From assembly GCA_964576925.1 (NCBI GenBank), contig CAZNWJ010000004.1:55218-119217 (forward strand): 64,000 bases of DNA, given 5' to 3'. Position 1 is the stretch's first letter, and each line of letters opens with the position of its first letter. This document shows, piece after piece, positions 57,252-64,000 of this stretch. The notes under the pieces were generated by a model. It was not told the DNA's origin, searched no databases, and was given only the letters and a program-made list of their open reading frames with translations. The DNA comes from an uncultured Ignavibacteria bacterium. Lineage in GTDB: Bacteria > Zixibacteria > MSB-5A5 > CAIYYT01. The position numbers and the translations under genes are program-made.

Positions 57252-60200
57252 CATGAATCGCGGGATCATTATGGCACTGTGCGCCTTGTGCTTGTTGACA
57301 ACACAAGTCGTTGCCCAGCCGCCGGCTTCAACGCCGCGACTGAAGAAGCTCGGAGTGGTCGGCACGGCGCATCTGGACACGCAATGGCGCTGGACGATCA
57401 AGAATACAATCGAAGAGTATATTCCAAACACGCTGCACGATAACTTTAAGTTGCTCGAGATTTATCCCGACTATGTCTTCAGCTTTGAAGGATCGTTTCG
57501 CTACATGCTGGCGAAGGAATACTACCCTGCGGATTACGAGCGCCTCAAGCAGTACATAGCCGCCGAACGCTGGCGGGTCGCGGGAAGCTGGGTCGATGCA
57601 GTTGATGTCAACATCCCGTCATTCGAATCGCTGGTGCGCCACGCACTCTACGGCAACGGTTTCTACAAGCGCGAATTCGGCAAGCAGAGCTACGACATTT
57701 TCATGCCGGATTGCTTCGGCTTCGGCTACGCACTCCCTTCGATTGCAGCGCACTGCGGGCTCAAGAGTTTCTCCACTCAAAAACTGACCTGGGGGTGTTC
57801 GGTTCCGGTGCCGTTCTCGATTGGAGAGTGGCAGGGTGTTGACGGTTCGACTGTGCTCGCAGGACTGAAAACCGGCAACTATGTGGCGAAGTTTTCCGGC
57901 GATCTGTCGCGGGACACCGTGTGGACGAGAGAGATCGACGCGCTTGGCGAGGCGAGCGGCTGCTACGCTGGTTACATCTACTTCGGAACCGGGGACGTCG
58001 GCGGCGCTCCGGAATCGCTGTCGGTCGATTGGCTCAGCAAGTCGATTCACAGCGACGGCCCGGTGCAGGTGGCCAGTATCGGGGCCGACGATTTGCCGAA
58101 ACTGGTGAGGGAATTTCCTGAGGCCAAGCTTCCGCGCTTCAATGGTGAGTTGGTTATGACGCGGCACGGCGTGGGCTGTTACACTTCTCAAACTGCGATG
58201 AAACGCTGGAATCGCCGCAATGAACTGCTGGCGGACGCAGCCGAACGGGCCGCAGTCACGGCGAGCCTGTTGGGCGGTTACTCGTACCCGCGCGAACAGC
58301 TCGAGCGCTCGTGGGTGCGCTTTCTCTGGCATCAGTTTCACGACGACCTGACAGGAACCTCGATTCCCGAGGCTTACGAATATTCGTGGAGCGATGAACT
58401 GCTGTCGCTGAATGAGTTTGCGAACATTCTCACATCGGCAGTCGCGGCAGTTACGCCGGCGCTTGATACGCGCGGTGACGGCGAAAGTTATGTCGTCTAT
58501 AATCCGCTCTCGGTCAACCGCCAGGATGTTGTTGAGGTAGCTGTAAGTGAACAACTGGGAGAGAATGACCCGGTACAAGTCGTCGGACCGGATAACAAGA
58601 TCGTGCCCAGTCAGATCGTTCGCGAGGCGGATGGAACAAAAAAGGTTGCTTTCCTCGCCAGCGTCCCGTCGGTTGGCTTTGCCGTTTACGATGTCCGCGC
58701 CGGTGAGGGTTATACACAGGCTCAGGGTGTCACAGTAACCACCTCGTCTTTGGAGAACGAGAGATACATCGTCAAACTCAACGAAAACGGCGATGTCGCA
58801 TCGATCTTCGACAAGCTCGCCAAACGCGAACTGCTGGCGCAGCCGATCGAGTGGCAGTTGATCTTCAACAAGCCGCGCCAGTGGCCGGCCTGGGAGATCC
58901 AGTACGAAGATCTACAGGCGGGTCCCCGCGGGAAAGTCGAGGGAAGACCGCAAATCGAGATTCTGGAATCGGGAGCCGTGCGCGGCGCACTGCGCATTAC
59001 GCGACAGCACGGCAACTCGACCTACTCGACAACGATTGTCCTGGCTTCGGGTGCAGCGGGCGATCGCATCGACTTCATCAATGATGTCCAGTGGGCGGAA
59101 AAAGAGACGCTGCTTAAAGTGGCTTTCAAGCCGAGTCTTGCCAATGAGCAGGTTACCTATGATCTGGGTCTCGGCGCCATTGAGCGTGGAATCAGTACTG
59201 ACAAGAAATACGAAGTCCCTGGACACCAATGGGCTGATCTTACGGCAACCGACGGGTCGTATGGTATCACGGTTATGAATGACTGCAAGTACGGCTGGGA
59301 TCATCCCGATGCCGGTACTCTGCGACTGACTTTGGTACACACGCCTGGTGTGTTCGATTCCTGGAGCTGGGTCGGCGATCAGAGTTCGCAGGATCTCGGC
59401 CGTCACCATTTCACATATTCGATTGCCGGGCACCAGGGCACCTGGCGTGAATCTGATATCGCCTGGCAGGCCGCGCGACTAAATCAACCGTTAGCCACAT
59501 TTGCCGTCCCTCAACATCCGGGAGTACACGGCAAGAGTCATTCGCTGCTTCGTGTCGAAGGCAGCGGAGCTGTCATGGTAAACGCGATCAAGCAGGCTGA
59601 GTTGTCTGATGAATTGATTATCAGGGTCAAAGAGCTTGCCGGCAGACCGGCAGAGAAAATGACGCTGATATTCAATCATCCGGTGGTGTCGGCGCGGGAA
59701 GTCAATGGACAGGAGGAGCCTGTCCAAGAGGCAACAGCGCTTAAGAACAAAGTGGAGTTTTCTCTGACGCCGTACCAGCCCAAGGCCTTCGCCGTGCGAT
59801 TGGGGCAACCACGGATGAGAGCGGTCAGTTCGCTCACATCGATGCCGATCGCACTCAATTACGATCTCGATGGAATCTCAGGCGATCAGAATCGCACCGA
59901 CGGAAAACTGGATCGCGACGGCAATACGTTGGTCGCGGAGTTGCTGCCGGACACGCTGACTTTTCGCAGTGTCCGCTATGTTTTCGGGCCGAAGGCCGAC
60001 GGCCAGAATAACATGGTTTCCTGCTCCGGACAGCGGATTGAACTTCCGCAAGCCGCGAGTCGGGGATGGTCGCGCCTACACTTGCTGGTCCTGGCGACCG
60101 ACGGGCCGGCAGAGGGAACCTTGACCATCGAAAGTACAACCGAGACGATTATCAAAAATGTCTCCCTGTACGATTATTCCGAGCCGATTGGTCAGTGGAA

Positions 60201-61176
60201 CAATCGGATGGTCAATGGTCGGATGGTGACGACAGCCGAAGAGATCCTCCCGGCCTACATCAACCAAACACCGATAGCTTGGGCTGGGACTCATCGGCAC
60301 ACAGGCAACGGCAAGAACGATATCTACCGATTCACCTACGTCTATGAACAGAGTTTCGAACTTCCGGCGGGCGCCCAGTCGGTGGTTTTGCCCGACAATC
60401 CGCAAATCAAGTTGCTGGCGGCCTCGGTCAGCGGACCGGAGCATGATCAGGTAGCAGCCGTCACGGAACTCTACGATGCAGCGTCAACTTCGCTGGCGCG
60501 CATCGGCGCAACTGAGACAATCTTCATCGATTCAACGCTGGCATCGATGTATAGCCCGATGCCGGGTGCGAAAGTTCATTACACACTCGACGGCAGTGAG
60601 CCGACAGCGGCATCACCCGTCTTTTCAAGTGCCGTGGCATTGACGGGATCGACCACGATCAAGGCTCGGGCATTCGATCGCGACCAAGTCGGCGGCGCCG
60701 TGACCACACTCGCCGTGAAGAAGCTGATTCCGCGCCCGGCCGTGACTGCGGATGGACTCAGGAAAGGATTGCATTGCCGCTATTATGAGGGGGAGTGGCA
60801 CCGATTACCCGATTTCGACACTGTGAAAGTCGTGCGCGAGTTCACGGCAGAATCAGTCAGGATTCCAAGCACCGCCCGTCCCGAAGACTATGGGTTGGTA
60901 TTCCGCGGCTACATCGAAGTTCCGGCTGACGGAATGTACGAGTTCGGCATCAGCTCCGACGACGGCAGCAAATTGTGGGTAGCGGATACGCTCGTCGTCG
61001 ACAATGACGGACTACACGGTGAAGGCGAGCTTGCTGGAAAGGTTGCGCTCAAGAAGGGCCTGCACCCGATCGAAGCGCGCATGTTCCAGTGCAAGGGCGG
61101 ACAGGGATTGAATCTGTTCGTTACCGGGCCTGGACTGCCGAAGCAGGAAGTGGGCAAGGGGATGATTTTTCATTGA
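57252..61176 (+). CDS. Secreted GH38-family alpha-mannosidase with C-terminal accessory domains, including a PA14 domain
   Basis: GGGAAGGAG RBS and a signal peptide. GH38 N-terminal catalytic region (GTAHLDTQWRW, DCFGFGYALP). A Fn3/CHB_HEX-like segment. C-terminal PA14 (RYYEGEWHRLPDFD...GMYEFGISSDDGSKLWV). Confidence 0.85.
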
Positions 61177-61342
61177 GCGAGCGGCAGTAATTGCCGGGAC
61201 CGATTGAAAGATCATTGAAAGCGCTCGCGCAGCGTGCGAAAGAACAGAGCGGGTCGCCGAATGCAGCGACCCGTTTTCTAATCCATGCAAACCGGAATCA
61301 TCCTTGCATCGCGCCGACGCCGAGTCCCGGGATTCTACCAGC

Positions 61343-64000
61343 TTACGGACACGCCGCACAGGGCACCGGCCCGCCGGCGAAGATGTAATTGATTAGATAC
61401 ACAGCATCGGAAATCGTCACTATGCCATTGCAGTCTCCGTCACCCGCGGGCAACGGATTCGGCGCCGGACCGCCTCCAAAGATGTAGTTGATCAAGTAGA
61501 CGACATCGGAAATCGAAATAATGGCTGAGCCATCGGCATCGCCGCAAACAGATGAAGGCAAGGCCATGATGAACGGCGAAAGCGAGCCAGTTACTCCGCA
61601 AATTCGGTTGTTGTCAGTGTCGAGGGAACTCGTGATATCGACCCATGAATCGCCGTCGTAATGGAAAAGTGTTAAGTCCAGTTCGCTACCGCCCCCGAGG
61701 TTAGCTGAATCGTACAGGAAGCAGACTTCGATCGTTCCCGAGTACGGCGCGGTCGTTGTCAGGTCGAAGTACAATTCGGGCGTACTGGGGACTATCTGGT
61801 ATCCCGAAGGCGGATTTGGACCTATTGTACCGGCCGCTACTGAAGTCTCGCCATCAGTTGAGACCTCGGCAAAGGTGACTGTGAGGCTGTCGCCCAGGGC
61901 AACCATGACATCGGCGCCAGCCGGTGTATTCCCGCAGGCGGCAGAACCGGCCCCAATCAGCTGCCCACAAGAATTGTTGGCAGGCGCGCAAGGCGAGGTG
62001 CTGCTGACCCGGTAATCTCGGGCGGGCAGATCGCAAAACACTGGATCAGCAGAGAAGTTGTCATTCACCCCATTTTGGCCAGCCAAACAGGCGGTGAAAT
62101 CTGCCGGCGTGTTGCCGAAAATATTCGAACAAGTTACGGTCAGGCCGCCTTCATCGCAAACCGCAACATTTCCACCCTCATTGAAGGCAATCACGCATTC
62201 GACAAGGTTGACAACGCCATCTTCTATGAGCAGGACACTCGCGTCAGCGGCAGGATGGGGAAGTAGGAAGTTTCGAGTGAAGGTGGATTTTGTGACAGTC
62301 ATGCTTCCAGGGTCTGCGGAATACAGCGCTCCGCCGCCTTGGGCGGCGTTGGAATCAAAGACACAACCCAAAACCGTCATTTGCCCGGCATTGAATAACG
62401 CGCCGGCAACATCCGCATGGTTCCCAACAAACCGACTGTTGGTGACTTCGACGATGCACCCTTCGAAGACTCCCAAGGCAGCTACGTACGTGCCGAAATT
62501 CCCTTCAAAGTGAGAATCGCGGACGGTGAGCCGGGCGCCCGCTGAAACGGCAATTGCACCGGCAACGGCAAGCGAATACCCGTTGTCTCTGAAGGTACAC
62601 CGTTCAAATGTCGGCCACGTCGTGCCGGCGCCGCTGTTTTGGACCGAGACCGCACCGCCTTGTCCGATCGCGAAGTTGTTTTCGAAGACACAATCTCGAA
62701 ACTGCGGCCGCGCGCCATAATCGATGTGGACTGCGCCGCCCTCGTGGCCGAAATTCCCCGCCAACGGTGCTGCGCCGTTGCGGATGGTCAGGCCCGAGAC
62801 CACCAGGTTGCTGTCCTCGCTCGACGACACAAACCTGAAGGCTCGATGCGGATCCCCTTCGCTCCCCTGGCAGTCTATGATTGTCGCAGCTGCCCCCTCG
62901 CGGCCTGTAAGCGAGACTTTTTTGTTCGAGAACGTGATGTCGCGGTTTCCGGCGCCGGTATATGTACCGGGCGCCAGCATGATCTTGTCAAAACTGTTCG
63001 CGAAATCAATTGCCGCCTGGAGAGTGCCGAACTGCTCCGGAACCGACAACTCACACAAGCGGGGGTCAATCTGCTCTTCAAAACTCTCGATGAGAAAACT
63101 CACGATGTTCGGGCCATAGTCATATCCGTCAACGAGAGCAGCACGTAGTACCTGCTCGCCACCGCTGGGGATATTGAATTCTCCGAATGTCAGCAGGATC
63201 GACACGTCGCTGCCGCCGGTGATATCTGCCGAGTTTGACGACTTCATTTCCTTGTAGGCATCGCCGTCCCTGAGACCGCCATAGGGATAGATCAGACTCG
63301 AGTTTAAGATCGCCCGCAAATTGCGATCGCTGCTGCAGGGCGTTAAATTCACAAGTCCAAACGCCGTGGCGGGGCCGCCCGTGTTTTGAATCCTGACAAA
63401 GTGATTGCCGGCCTCAACGATCGCCTCGTCCGTGACCGGACCGGTAGTGATGTCCGCATCCGCGAAGATGCCGACGGTAACCGCCACCGGCGTTCCACAC
63501 TCGTTACGAACCCGGTATTCGGCTTCAATGAACGAGCAGCTGTCGGGGATGGTGGGACTGTAGCCGTACTTATAGATGACGTCCCCGTGAAAGCGCGCAT
63601 CCTTTGTCGCAAAGCGAAGGCCCTGTGTCGTGCGGCCATAGGCGTCAACGTCGGTAACAAACCTGTCGGCGTAGAGAAAATCGTCTTGAGAGTGCAAATC
63701 CATGTAGACAGTCGTGTCGCTGCCGTCAACGACTCCTAGCAGCAGCGAGCCGCTGAGGTAGTATGCTCCGCTGGGATCAACGAGAGACTCGTAGCCCCCG
63801 CCGAGTCCCGCAGTCGGCGGCGCCTGGAGTGAGAAGCACCCGGTTCCGATGCTCGTAAACGCCGAGGTAGGATAGTCGTGAACGATCTGAACCGTGATGG
63901 GTACACGCAGGGTCGTCCCATCCGGCGGAGAAAATGTCAAGATGAGAGTATCGGAAAGATCCGTGAGATCACACGCCGACGCGGCGCTTCCAGCATCGAA
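61343..64000 (-). CDS. Secreted right-handed parallel beta-helix (PbH1) repeat protein with a dockerin-like C-terminal module; the 5-prime end may run off the window
   Basis: Repeated N..G..G.A beta-helix rungs (CVFENNFAIGQGGAVSV, CTFRDNGYSLAVAGAIAVS, SRFVGNHADVAGALFN). C-terminus [31 protein letters not shown]...[29 protein letters not shown]. The ORF is still open at position 64000. Confidence 0.7.
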   Translation of the reverse strand, partial: FDAGSAASACDLTDLSDTLILTFSPPDGTTLRVPITVQIVHDYPTSAFTSIGTGCFSLQAPPTAGLGGGYESLVDPSGAYYLSGSLLLGVVDGSDTTVYMDLHSQDDFLYADRFVTDVDAYGRTTQGLRFATKDARFHGDVIYKYGYSPTIPDSCSFIEAEYRVRNECGTPVAVTVGIFADADITTGPVTDEAIVEAGNHFVRIQNTGGPATAFGLVNLTPCSSDRNLRAILNSSLIYPYGGLRDGDAYKEMKSSNSADITGGSDVSILLTFGEFNIPSGGEQVLRAALVDGYDYGPNIVSFLIESFEEQIDPRLCELSVPEQFGTLQAAIDFANSFDKIMLAPGTYTGAGNRDITFSNKKVSLTGREGAAATIIDCQGSEGDPHRAFRFVSSSEDSNLVVSGLTIRNGAAPLAGNFGHEGGAVHIDYGARPQFRDCVFENNFAIGQGGAVSVQNSGAGTTWPTFERCTFRDNGYSLAVAGAIAVSAGARLTVRDSHFEGNFGTYVAALGVFEGCIVEVTNSRFVGNHADVAGALFNAGQMTVLGCVFDSNAAQGGGALYSADPGSMTVTKSTFTRNFLLPHPAADASVLLIEDGVVNLVECVIAFNEGGNVAVCDEGGLTVTCSNIFGNTPADFTACLAGQNGVNDNFSADPVFCDLPARDYRVSSTSPCAPANNSCGQLIGAGSAACGNTPAGADVMVALGDSLTVTFAEVSTDGETSVAAGTIGPNPPSGYQIVPSTPELYFDLTTTAPYSGTIEVCFLYDSANLGGGSELDLTLFHYDGDSWVDITSSLDTDNNRICGVTGSLSPFIMALPSSVCGDADGSAIISISDVVYLINYIFGGGPAPNPLPAGDGDCNGIVTISDAVYLINYIFAGGPVPCAACP

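Noticed and set aside
57619-58578. 319-aa ORF on the minus strand
   Set aside because: It is antisense to the GH38 alpha-mannosidase. No motifs are present.

Overview
This 64-kb window looks like a contig from an uncultured Gram-negative bacterium of the FCB superphylum. GC content is high, roughly 58-60% by eye. Several proteins end in T9SS/Por C-terminal sorting domains, and one is a sigma-54 (NtrC-type) activator. I found no rRNA, tRNA, CRISPR array, transposase, integrase or phage gene.

Core genes:
- nadE, mscL, a fasciclin-domain protein and a tri-repeat DUF4397 surface protein with a T9SS C-terminal domain (CTD).
- A minus-strand operon TPR-pepP-accB-pilT, then ppiD.
- A sigma-54 two-component pair and an ECF sigma / zf-HC2 anti-sigma pair.
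- A complete nine-gene heme operon (hemA-C-D-B-L-E-N-H-Y).
- A nitroreductase, a vWA/DUF3520 protein, TPR proteins, an aconitase-family enzyme and a rubrerythrin.
- A LytS/LytTR-associated locus: a CUT2 sugar ABC transporter, a giant GH38 alpha-mannosidase with a PA14 domain, and two large surface proteins.

Accessory or unusual content:
- A low-GC Dcm-HNH-Vsr restriction-modification island.
- A pyruvoyl-dependent arginine decarboxylase next to a deoxyhypusine-synthase-like gene.
- Four unrelated secreted proteins that share a duplicated dockerin-like C-terminal module. It is distinct from the T9SS CTD used by two other proteins in the window.
- A family of ~320-370-bp modular, hairpin-rich non-coding elements, present in five same-orientation copies. 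The recurring piece is a 10-bp inverted repeat, GTCAAATCCC-N~75-GGGATTTGAC, with companion stem-loops that show compensatory substitutions. Two copies lie in tandem in a 1.3-kb gene-free gap. Three bracket two accessory genes in a cassette-like way. This repeat family is the best candidate in the window for something undescribed, such as a structured ncRNA or MITE-like family.
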